Shown in pieces: positions 26,754 through 35,454 of a stretch of 35,454 nucleotides of DNA. Under the pieces are notes generated by a model that was given only the letters and a program-made list of their open reading frames with translations, was not told the origin of the DNA and did not search any database. The stretch comes from an uncultured cyanobacterium. GTDB taxonomy: Bacteria > Cyanobacteriota > Cyanobacteriia > PCC-6307 > Cyanobiaceae. Location of the stretch: the NCBI GenBank assembly GCA_903862155.1, contig CAIOXF010000115.1, forward strand, positions 1 through 35,454. Reading direction: 5' to 3'. The stretch's first letter is position 1. Every line of letters starts with the position of its first letter. Both the position numbers and the translations under genes were made by a program.

Positions 26754-26848
26754 CGGGCGGCCGATGGGAGGGTTGGCAGTGAGCGGTTAAGGTAGGCCTT
26801 GCGGAGTGTTGCCGTATCCGGCGCCAACCCGCTGATGAGTCAGCGCTT

Positions 26849-26922
26849 GGGCATGTAGCTCAGTTGGATAGAGCATCAGATTCCGGTTCTGAGTGTCGGG
26901 GGTTCGAGTCCCTCCATGCTCG
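26849..26922 (+). tRNA. tRNA-Arg (anticodon CCG)
   Basis: A hand-folded cloverleaf: acceptor GGGCATG/CATGCTC (one G-U), D-arm GCTC-AGTTGGATA-GAGC, anticodon stem TCAGA/TCTGA with loop TTCCGGT, T-arm GGGGG-TTCGAGT-CCCTC, discriminator G. CCA is not encoded. Confidence 0.9.
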
Positions 26923-26937
26923 CTGTCTCAACTGCTG

Positions 26938-26968
26938 AAAACCTCCCCTCCCGGTGGGAGGTTTTTTT
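26938..26968. terminator. Intrinsic terminator after tRNA-Arg (A-tract/T-tract flanked, potentially bidirectional)
   Basis: The stem AAAACCTCCC/GGGAGGTTTT (26938-26947 / 26956-26965) continues into TTTTTTT on the plus strand. On the minus strand it is followed by TTTTC, about 90 nt past the GNAT stop. Confidence 0.8.
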
Positions 26969-27057
26969 GTGGTTCGCGCATCCGAGCGCCGCTGGTAGGT
27001 CCGCCCTTGGTTGTGGGGCTGAGCGGCGGCTGATCGGCTCAGCGGGGGTGGCTGGGT

Positions 27058-27519
27058 TCAGTCGCGCACCAGCTGCAGTCCCATGGCCCGGATGCCGCCG
27101 GGATCCACCACGAAGCCATGGCGCTCCAGGGCCTCCAGGGCCGCTGGCGGTGCCGAGAGCGAGATGCTGCACCCGCCCAGCTCGCGTCGCAGCCGCGACA
27201 GTGCTGCGTGCACCAGGGCCAGCAGTACGCCCCGCTGCTCCGGATCGGCTGGATCGGCGGCCAGGTCCCAGAGGTTGGCGTTGAGGGCCAGATCGCTGGT
27301 GATGCGCACGAAACCCACCAGTTGCTCGGCCGGATCCAACACGCTGAAGTGCCAGAGGCTGTGCTCCAGCACCAGGCTCCAGCGCTCGGTGCTGCGCGGC
27401 GGATCCCCCATCAGGGTGAGCAGCCGGTTGAGGGCCTCTGGGCTTGGCGGAGTGTTCTCAAGCAGGCGGTAGCCCTCGGCGAGCCGGGGAGCGGCTGGCT
27501 GGCTGCGAAAGGGGATCAA
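27058..27519 (-). CDS. GNAT-family N-acetyltransferase (putative)
   Basis: It is 153 aa, with LVGFVRITSDLALNANLWDLAADPADPEQRGVLLALVHAALSRL resembling the GNAT acetyl-CoA-binding core (the motif A region is weak). It lies 26 nt downstream of ppc on the same strand. Confidence 0.55.
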   Translation of the reverse strand: MIPFRSQPAAPRLAEGYRLLENTPPSPEALNRLLTLMGDPPRSTERWSLVLEHSLWHFSVLDPAEQLVGFVRITSDLALNANLWDLAADPADPEQRGVLLALVHAALSRLRRELGGCSISLSAPPAALEALERHGFVVDPGGIRAMGLQLVRD

Positions 27520-27545
27520 CAGGGAGTCCAGAACCGGAAAGGAAA

Positions 27546-30500
27546 TCAGCCGGTGTTGCGCATGCCGGCGGCGATGCCATTGATGGTGAGCAGGGCACCG
27601 CGCAGCAGCTCGCTGCGGCTGTAGGTGCGGCCGTCGTCGCTGGTGGCTGCGGCCTCGCTCATGGGCGGCTGGCGATTTTGGTCGCGCAGGCGGCGCAGCA
27701 GCGCGACCTGCAGATAGCCGAGGGGCACGATCGTGCTGTTGCGCAGATCCACCGAGAGCTGCAGGGCCGGATCACCATCAAGTAGGCGCTGATGGCCGGT
27801 GACGGCCAGCACAAGATCGCGGGTGAGGCTGAACTCGGCAGCGATCGTTTGGAAGATGGCTTCGAAGGCTTCGCGGCTCTCGCTCCGCCCCAGTGACTGC
27901 ACGTAGTGATGGGCCAGGTCAATGTCGACCTTGGAGAGGGTCATCTCCACCTTGGAGATGAGCATGCGGAAGAAGGGCCAGCGCTGGTAGAGCAGCTGCA
28001 GCAGCTCCAGCTGTTCGGGGTCGCGGTCGAGCTCCTCCTGCAGGGCAGCCCCCACCCCGAACCAGCTGGGCAGCAGGAAACGGCTCTGGGTCCAGCCGAA
28101 TACCCAGGGAATGGCCCGGAGACTGGAGAGATCCTTGGCGCCGCCCTTGCGGCGGGCCGGTCGGCTCGAGATCTGCAGCTTGCTGATCTCTTCGATCGGG
28201 GTGCACTGCTGGAAGAACGCCACCAGATCCGGGTTGTCGTGCACCAGGGCCCGGTAGAAGTCGCGGGAGCGGGCTGCCAGGCGGCCCATCAGCTCGTTCC
28301 AGGCCGGGGTGTCGTCGACCGGGGTGCTCACCAGGCTGTTCTGGATCACCGCCGTGGTGACGGTTTCCAAGTTGTAAAGCGCCAGCTCGGGCAGGGCGTA
28401 CTTCGACGCCAGCACCTCACCCTGCTCGGTGATCTTGATCCGGCCGCTGAGGGTTCCGCTGGGTTGGGCCAGGATCGCCTGATAGGCAGGGCCACCGCCG
28501 CGGCCCACCGATCCACCCCGGCCGTGGAAGATGCGTAGCGCCACGCCGTGGTGGGTGGCCAGCCGCTGCAGGGCGATCTGGGCCTTGTGGATCTCCCAGT
28601 TGCTGGAGAGGAAGCCCGAATCCTTGTTGCTGTCGGAGTAGCCGAGCATCACCTCCTGCAGGGGCTGGTCGGCTTCCGGGCCCATCAGCAGCTCCAGGTA
28701 GAAGCTGTCGCCCAGCAGCCTGCCCATCACCGCCGGAGCGCCCTGCAGGTCTTCCACCGTTTCGAACAGGGGCACCACCAGCAGGCCGGAGCGGCGGGTC
28801 TGGGGATCCACCAGGCCGGCTTCCTTGGCCAGCAGCAGCACCTCCAGCAAGTCCGACACCGTGTGACTCATCGAGATCACGTAGGTGCGGCAGATACGTG
28901 AGCCGAATTCGTGCTGCAGCCGTTGCAGCATGCGGAACACGGCAAAGGTTTCGGCCGTGGCCGGGCTCCAACTGGCGGCGGGGGGCAGCAGGGGCCGACG
29001 GGTTTGCAGTTCGGTGAGCAGCCAGGTGATGCGCTGCTCCTCGTCCATCTCGGCGTAAGGCACCGGCAGCTGCAGGTACCGGGTGAGCTCGTCGAGGGCG
29101 TCGCTGTGGCGGGTGCTTTCCTGGCGGATGTCGAGGCTGGCCAGGCAGAAGGAAAAGATGTGCGCCTGGCTGATCAGGTGCTGCAGGGCCTCACAGCTCA
29201 GGCCCGTGCTGTCCATGCTCTGCTGGATCAGCTCTAGGTCGCTGCGGAACTCATCCACCGAGGCGTAGTGGAGCTCCTGGGGAGGGCCGCTGTGGGTGGC
29301 CGCGAGGTTGCCGCCGGTGAGGGGTACCGCCGCCGGGGACTCGCAGGGGGCTTCCCAGCCGGCATCGGCCAGGTTGTGGTTGCGCACCAGCGAGAGGCGC
29401 AGCCGCTCCAGCATGTAGCTGAGCTTGAGGCGGTAGGGCTCCAGCCGGTAGCGGGCTGCGCGCTCCTCGTAGATCTCGGGAAAGCGCAGCCGGTCCATCT
29501 CCAACGACTCCAGCAGCGCCGGGCTCACCTGGCTCCACTGCATCGAGATGCTGAGTTGGTCGCGCAGGTTGCCTACGGCGCGGATGTAGCGCTCGAGCAT
29601 CAGCTGGCGCTGATAGCAAGCCGTGCGCCAGGTGATCTCCGGCGTGACGGACGGGTTGCCGTCGCGGTCGGAACCCACCCAGGAGCCGAAGCTGCAGAAG
29701 GCATCGCGGGGCGGCACCACATCCGGGTAACTGGTGCCGAGGGCGGCATGGATCCGCTGCCGCAGGTACGGCATCGCATCGAACAGCACCTGCTGGAAGT
29801 AGTGCAGGGCGTAGTCGACTTCGTCGAGAACGGTGGGCTTGAACTGGTGCAGCTCATCGGTGCGCCACCACAGCCGGATCTCCTCCTCCAGCTGCTGGCG
29901 CAGGCTCTGGCGCTCCACCGTGTTGAGCAGGGTGCCCTGCTCGAGTTTCTGAATCAGGGCCGCCACCCGCCGCTGCTTGTGGCGCACGGTGTGGCGCACG
30001 ATCTCGGTGGGATGCGCCGTGAACACCAGGCGCAGATCCAGATCGCGCAGCAGGGTTTCGATCTTGGCCGGGGGCACGTTCAGGGCCCGCAGCCGCTCGA
30101 ACAGCTGGCGGAACGTGGCCGGCTCGGTCTGGCTGGCCAAAGGCGGCAGGAACGGATCGGTGCAGACCGGCTCGCCGCTGGTTTTGAGGCTGTCGAGGTA
30201 GCTGTCTTCCTCGATGTGCTGCTCGAGGATGTTCACCAGCTGGAAATAGAGCGAGAACGCCCGGGCCGCGGCGATCGCTTCAGCCAGATCCATCTCGCGG
30301 ATCAGCTTCACGATCGCGCCGGTGTCGATGGCGCCATCGCCCACCTCGCTGGGTTCGCTGAGTTTCTTGAGCCGCAGCAGCCGTTCCGCCTGCCCCGGCG
30401 GACATTCACTGCGCAGCACCTCCTGCCAGAGGTCTTCCACCAGCTCAAGCCGTTCCCCCAGCAGTCGGGTGGCCCTGGGCGAGGGCTCAAGTGTCGTGGG

Positions 30501-30593
30501 CACGACCGGGCTGGCTGCGGAGCTTGCAGATGCGCTTGCAGACATGACTGGCCCCATGGAGGCGTGCCGCGACGCGGTGGAATCCATGATCAT
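27546..30593 (-). CDS. ppc: Phosphoenolpyruvate carboxylase
   Basis: It has VFTAHPTE, the [12 protein letters not shown] motif, [14 protein letters not shown] and the C-terminal [15 protein letters not shown]. The start is chosen at ATG 30593, which forms an ATGA overlap with the gshA stop and gives 1015 aa. The track start 30722 lies inside gshA. Confidence 0.95.
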   Translation of the reverse strand: MIMDSTASRHASMGPVMSASASASSAASPVVPTTLEPSPRATRLLGERLELVEDLWQEVLRSECPPGQAERLLRLKKLSEPSEVGDGAIDTGAIVKLIREMDLAEAIAAARAFSLYFQLVNILEQHIEEDSYLDSLKTSGEPVCTDPFLPPLASQTEPATFRQLFERLRALNVPPAKIETLLRDLDLRLVFTAHPTEIVRHTVRHKQRRVAALIQKLEQGTLLNTVERQSLRQQLEEEIRLWWRTDELHQFKPTVLDEVDYALHYFQQVLFDAMPYLRQRIHAALGTSYPDVVPPRDAFCSFGSWVGSDRDGNPSVTPEITWRTACYQRQLMLERYIRAVGNLRDQLSISMQWSQVSPALLESLEMDRLRFPEIYEERAARYRLEPYRLKLSYMLERLRLSLVRNHNLADAGWEAPCESPAAVPLTGGNLAATHSGPPQELHYASVDEFRSDLELIQQSMDSTGLSCEALQHLISQAHIFSFCLASLDIRQESTRHSDALDELTRYLQLPVPYAEMDEEQRITWLLTELQTRRPLLPPAASWSPATAETFAVFRMLQRLQHEFGSRICRTYVISMSHTVSDLLEVLLLAKEAGLVDPQTRRSGLLVVPLFETVEDLQGAPAVMGRLLGDSFYLELLMGPEADQPLQEVMLGYSDSNKDSGFLSSNWEIHKAQIALQRLATHHGVALRIFHGRGGSVGRGGGPAYQAILAQPSGTLSGRIKITEQGEVLASKYALPELALYNLETVTTAVIQNSLVSTPVDDTPAWNELMGRLAARSRDFYRALVHDNPDLVAFFQQCTPIEEISKLQISSRPARRKGGAKDLSSLRAIPWVFGWTQSRFLLPSWFGVGAALQEELDRDPEQLELLQLLYQRWPFFRMLISKVEMTLSKVDIDLAHHYVQSLGRSESREAFEAIFQTIAAEFSLTRDLVLAVTGHQRLLDGDPALQLSVDLRNSTIVPLGYLQVALLRRLRDQNRQPPMSEAAATSDDGRTYSRSELLRGALLTINGIAAGMRNTG

Positions 30594-31768
30594 CCCAAAG
30601 GGGTTGGGGCCTGGTCTGTCGCGAGGGCAGCCGCCAGAGAAGCTTCCTGGCGCTCCAGGGCGGCCGCATCGCTGGCCACGATCGCGGCGATGGATTCGCC
30701 CCGGCCATGGCGCTCCAGCCATTGCATGGCGGTGTTGCCCTGCTGGAGCAGCACGTGTAGGGGCTCGAGGGTGGCCTCCAGCTCCAACTCGCGGGCCAGG
30801 GGCGCCATGCGCTCCAGGGCGGCGGCGATCCAGTCGCGGGCCGTGATGGTTGAGCCATCGCGCCAGTGGCGCAGCTCGGCCTGGAGGCTGGAGCTGGCCA
30901 CTGCCCGATCGTTGGCATCGGCCAGGGCCGCCAGTTCTGTGGCCTGCAACTGGCTGGCCTTGAGCGGATCCTCGCCGGCGGGATCGCGCACCAGTTGGTG
31001 CAGCCGCAGTTCGGCAAAGGCCGTGATCGCCAGCAGCAGGGCCGGATCGGCCACCAGATCGCAGATGCGGATCTCGAGGCGGTTCAGGTTGTGGGGGCGA
31101 TCGTCACCGTTGGGCCGCACCGACGTCCAGAGGTGACGCACGTTCTGCATGCCACCAGCGGCCAGCTGGGCCTCCATCCAGTCGATGTAGTGCTGGTGGC
31201 TGATGAACAGCGGCACCTGGGGCGGGGTGAGCGGGAACTGCAGCCAGCGCTGGGAGTGGGCACCGCACACCTGGCCATCGAGGAAGGGAGAGCTGGCCGA
31301 GAGGGCCAGCAGGAGGGCGGCTTCGCAGCGCAGCTGACGCAGCCCCGCGAACAGCTGCTCCATCGAACTGAAGCCGGCCGCCTCGGTGAGGCCGATGTTG
31401 ATGTGCACGCTGGCGGTGACCACCCGCGTGCCGTAGGTGGTTTCGATGTAGCCGTGGTACGGGTTGGCCGAATCGGAGCGCTCAAAGCGCTGGCTGTTGC
31501 CCGTGCTGAGGGTGCTGCCGGGCAGCAGGGTGAGGCCCCGCTGGCCCAGCCAGGCCCGCAGGCGCTGGCGAGGCTCGAGCAACAGCTCCAGCTGGCGGCG
31601 GTAGCCCGCATCCGGGGGCGTCACGTACTCGAGGTTGCGGTGGTCGGGTTCGGTCACGAACCCCGCCAGCTCCCGCGCCGCCTCGGCGGCGCAGCCGACC
31701 ACCGTGCCGTCGGGCCGGCCGGTGTACATCTCCACTTCGAAGCCCTTCAGCAGCAGGGGGGCTGTCAT
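30590..31768 (-). CDS. gshA: Glutamate--cysteine ligase, cyanobacterial type
   Basis: [60 protein letters not shown] and [11 protein letters not shown]...[10 protein letters not shown] match the picocyanobacterial GshA family as I remember it. Confidence 0.85.
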   Translation of the reverse strand: MTAPLLLKGFEVEMYTGRPDGTVVGCAAEAARELAGFVTEPDHRNLEYVTPPDAGYRRQLELLLEPRQRLRAWLGQRGLTLLPGSTLSTGNSQRFERSDSANPYHGYIETTYGTRVVTASVHINIGLTEAAGFSSMEQLFAGLRQLRCEAALLLALSASSPFLDGQVCGAHSQRWLQFPLTPPQVPLFISHQHYIDWMEAQLAAGGMQNVRHLWTSVRPNGDDRPHNLNRLEIRICDLVADPALLLAITAFAELRLHQLVRDPAGEDPLKASQLQATELAALADANDRAVASSSLQAELRHWRDGSTITARDWIAAALERMAPLARELELEATLEPLHVLLQQGNTAMQWLERHGRGESIAAIVASDAAALERQEASLAAALATDQAPTPLG

Positions 31769-31778
31769 CGCGCCGCCC

Positions 31779-33338
<1,560 letters not shown>

Positions 33339-33354
33339 CGGGCTGCGGGCGGGC

Positions 33355-33379
33355 AAAAAAAACGGGGCCTGAAGCCCCG
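33355..33379 (-). terminator. Intrinsic terminator of psaD
   Basis: On the minus strand the stem CGGGGC-ttcag-GCCCCG (33363-33379) is followed by eight T (complement of 33355-33362), 25 nt after the psaD stop. Confidence 0.85.
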
Positions 33380-33403
33380 CCTTTATAGGTGCTGGCTGGA
33401 AGC

Positions 33404-33835
33404 TCAGGAATCGAAGGTGTTCTTGCCGGTGAACTTGATGTTTGCGGGGTTGCCGTTCTGGCCGATGCGGCGGGCGTTGTGGCCCACCATCTGGCGACCC
33501 TCGTTCACCTTCTCGGGGAACACGCCATCTTTGGGGTGCAGGAACTCAGTGTCGCCGCCGGGGAAGATCCGGTAGATCTTGTAATCCTCGATGCGGGGTT
33601 TGAACTTGGTACGCAGCTGCGTGCCCAGCGCCAGGCACTGCTCCTTGCGGGCGAAGTACATGATGTTTTCGCCTTCGTTCATCTCAGCGGCGCCGCCGGT
33701 GGGCAGCTCGAATACCTGAGCCTTGGAGCTGGTCCAGGTGATCGCGTACTTCTCCTCGGTTTCAGCGGCGTTCAGCAGGCCACCGGTGCTGCCGATGTAC
33801 TTGGGAAGCTGACCGCTCAGCGCCGTTGCTGTCAT
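33404..33835 (-). CDS. psaD: Photosystem I reaction centre subunit II (PsaD)
   Basis: [22 protein letters not shown]...[73 protein letters not shown] is unmistakable PsaD. Confidence 0.97.
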   Translation of the reverse strand: MTATALSGQLPKYIGSTGGLLNAAETEEKYAITWTSSKAQVFELPTGGAAEMNEGENIMYFARKEQCLALGTQLRTKFKPRIEDYKIYRIFPGGDTEFLHPKDGVFPEKVNEGRQMVGHNARRIGQNGNPANIKFTGKNTFDS

Positions 33836-33951
33836 GGCTGTTGGAGGAAAAGGTGAGTGACGGCGGACCGTTTCGGTCGGAAGCTAGCACCGAGTTTTTG
33901 GGCCATCCGGACCCGTCTGCCCACTCTTCACACCCGTCAACAAACGGGCCT

Positions 33952-35328
33952 TCAGCACACCGGAAAGAACACCGTGAGACCGCTCTCGCCCCGCTCGGTG
34001 AGCCGGCCGCCTAGGCGTGCGAACAGCCGTTGGGTGGCCTGGCGGCTTAGCTGCAGGCTGCCGGTGGTGGGGTTCCAGCTCAGCACCGGCCCCACCAGTT
34101 CCCGCTGATTGGCGCCACTCGCGGCGGTTGTGGAGCTGGCCTCCGAGCTGCTGGCCAGGTGCAGCTTTAGCCGGGCGCCGGCGGGCTGGAGGCTTAGGGT
34201 GACCGTGGATCCGGAAGGTAAACCGCGACTGAAGCGGTCCACCAAACCGCCGAGCATCGTTTCCAGTCGCAACGGATCGCTGAGCACCGCCGGTAGATCG
34301 TTGGCGATGTTCAGCACCAGCTCCAGTCCCCGGCGCGCCAGTTGCCGCTGCCAGAGCTCTTGCAGCTGCTCCAGCAGGGCGCTGAGGTCGGTGCGGGCCA
34401 GACTGGTGGCGGTGTTCCCCGTTTCGGGCTGCTGTTGCAGTTCGGCCGCCAGGAAGATCAGGCCGAAGCGATCGATCTGCTCGCTGCATTCGCCGTCGAT
34501 CTGCTCCAGCCGCTGCTGAACCACGGCCGGCAGGTCGGAGCGGCGCAGCAGGGAGCGGATCAGGGTGCGGATCGTGGCCAGGGGTGTGCGCACCTCATGG
34601 GTGAGGGCCTCTAGAAGGGCCAGTTCGCTGCTCAGGGCGCGGTTGTTGGCGCCCGGGCGCTCCGGGCCGCTTTGCATCAGGGGCTGGAGCGTCACGCTCG
34701 GGGCCATGGCCGCTAGCCGCTCCGCCAGCCGGGGCCAGAAGCGCTGGGCCAGTTGATCGTCGCTGCGCAGGGGGCCCAGCTGCTGGAGGCTGCGGCGCAA
34801 TTGCTCGGCTTCCGTGCCGGCCTCACTGCGCAGGCGCGCATCCAGGAGGTTTAGGGCTGCGCTGAGGGCCTGGGGGTCGAAGCGCACCACCAGCCGGCGG
34901 GCCTCAGGCGGGCCATCGAGGCAGAGGGCCGCCTGCACCGTGGGCGTGATCACCACCAGCAGGGGATCGGTGCCGTCATCCTCGCGCAGGGCCAGGCGGC
35001 GGAAGCCGCCCGCCAGCTGGGCCCGGCTGCGCTGACCCGGCAGCAGGGCACCACCGGGGGGCAGCAGGGCCGCCAATTCCGCCGGGGCCCACACCCAGCC
35101 CAGGAGGTGCTCCAGCAGGCCGGGTTCGTACAGCGCCGGAAGGGGGGAGGCCAGCCATACCCCCGCAGGTGTGCCGTCGCCTTCCTGCAGCAGCACGTCA
35201 CGCTGCAGGGTGTCGAGGGCGGCCCACCACTGGCGCCGCACGGCGTCGTCGTTGCTCTGGCCTAGCGGCACCCCTTCGGCCAGCAGGGCCCGCAGCTCCG
35301 AGAGGCTGCCCGGGGGCGGCGTCACCAT
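33952..35328 (-). CDS. Soluble sensor histidine kinase-like protein with an intact H-box but degenerate ATP-binding (N/G1/G2) motifs
   Basis: The H-box is LTHEVRTPLATIRTLIRSL. The C-terminal region aligns to the HATPase_c fold (DPLRLETMLGGLVDRFSRG...GLTVFFPV). No obvious transmembrane helices are present. Confidence 0.75.
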   Translation of the reverse strand: MVTPPPGSLSELRALLAEGVPLGQSNDDAVRRQWWAALDTLQRDVLLQEGDGTPAGVWLASPLPALYEPGLLEHLLGWVWAPAELAALLPPGGALLPGQRSRAQLAGGFRRLALREDDGTDPLLVVITPTVQAALCLDGPPEARRLVVRFDPQALSAALNLLDARLRSEAGTEAEQLRRSLQQLGPLRSDDQLAQRFWPRLAERLAAMAPSVTLQPLMQSGPERPGANNRALSSELALLEALTHEVRTPLATIRTLIRSLLRRSDLPAVVQQRLEQIDGECSEQIDRFGLIFLAAELQQQPETGNTATSLARTDLSALLEQLQELWQRQLARRGLELVLNIANDLPAVLSDPLRLETMLGGLVDRFSRGLPSGSTVTLSLQPAGARLKLHLASSSEASSTTAASGANQRELVGPVLSWNPTTGSLQLSRQATQRLFARLGGRLTERGESGLTVFFPVC

Positions 35329-35454
35329 GGCCTGCTGGGGCGGCCCCGCCGCGCCACCGAGGCGCAGAGCCCAAGAGCAGTGAAGTTCACAAGCATGGCC
35401 GAGCGGCCGTAGCTCAGGAAGGGCAGGGGGATGCCGGTGATGGGCCCCAGGCCG
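35322..35454 (-). CDS. SEDS-family protein (RodA/FtsW/SpoVE), C-terminal 43 codons only
   Basis: My minus-strand translation from the window edge gives GLGPITGIPLPFLSYGRSAMLVNFTALGLCASVARRGRPSRPW*. It contains the conserved TG(I/V)PLPF(L/I)SYG motif of RodA/FtsW. The stop (35322-35324) overlaps the kinase start. Confidence 0.8.
   Translation of the reverse strand, partial: GLGPITGIPLPFLSYGRSAMLVNFTALGLCASVARRGRPSRPW

Noticed and set aside
30594-30722. 43-codon N-terminal extension of ppc (track start 30722)
   Set aside because: It lies inside the gshA coding region, reads as Arg/Gly/Pro-rich filler, and gives an over-long enzyme. The ATG at 30593 forms an ATGA junction with the gshA stop.
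33339-33356. TTG start at 33356 for trpE
   Set aside because: The TTG is part of the eight-T tract of the psaD terminator. The ATG at 33338 is the plausible start.
33923-33933. ACTCTTCACAC on the plus strand between the kinase gene and psaD, one mismatch from the Yfr1 sRNA core motif (ACUCCUCACAC, as I remember it), followed by a small hairpin CCCGT-caacaa-ACGGG
   Set aside because: It has a mismatch in what is reported as an invariant motif. There is no U-tract after the hairpin and no 5' stem-loop that I could fold. As far as I recall yfr1 sits elsewhere (near guaB/trxA). This is more likely the psaD promoter or 5' UTR region read on the opposite strand.

Overview
This is a GC-rich (about two-thirds G+C by eye, not computed) core-chromosome segment of a picocyanobacterium, most consistent with the marine/estuarine Synechococcus-Cyanobium lineage. 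The markers are psaD, ndhN, ldpA, a ycf45-like gene, a CAAD/CurT-like gene and a cyanobacterial-type gshA. All calls rest on my reading of the ORF-track translations and the DNA; no searches or computations were run. Layout: (1) 1-9156, minus strand: the large ribosomal-protein cluster rplC-rplD-rplW-rplB-rpsS-rplV-rpsC-rplP-rpmC-rpsQ-rplN-rplX-rplE-rpsH-rplF-rplR-rpsE-rplO, then the 5' end of secY. It has the usual cyanobacterial layout: no rpsJ upstream, no rpsN, no rpmD. (2) 9.6-15.2 kb: ndhN, ldpA, a ycf45-like AAA/R3H gene, tRNA-Gln(UUG), a HAD hydrolase, and recA preceded by a LexA-box palindrome. (3) 15.2-21.2 kb: two small conserved proteins, a DinG-like protein with degenerate ATPase motifs, tyrA, a CrtD-like FAD oxidoreductase, a fructosamine-kinase-family gene and a CAAD/CurT-like gene. 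(4) 21.3-25.0 kb: JAMM metalloprotease, MoeZ-type E1-rhodanese, an internally duplicated CobA/CobO-family protein and a three-Cys LarE-family PP-loop protein. (5) 25.1-35.4 kb: speH, recF, tRNA-Arg(CCG), then a minus-strand string of SEDS (rodA/ftsW) 3' end, an atypical histidine kinase, psaD, trpE, gshA, ppc and a GNAT gene. I found no CRISPR array, transposase, integrase, phage or defence genes. Many long track ORFs are antisense or off-frame artefacts of the high GC content. I do not see a clear novel multi-gene system. The points most worth follow-up are: two conserved genes (recF, ycf45-like) whose conserved N-termini lie upstream of any ATG/GTG/TTG; two proteins with inactivated catalytic motifs (DinG-like, histidine kinase); the JAMM/MoeZ/CobO-duplication/LarE neighbourhood; and some unusual terminator placements.
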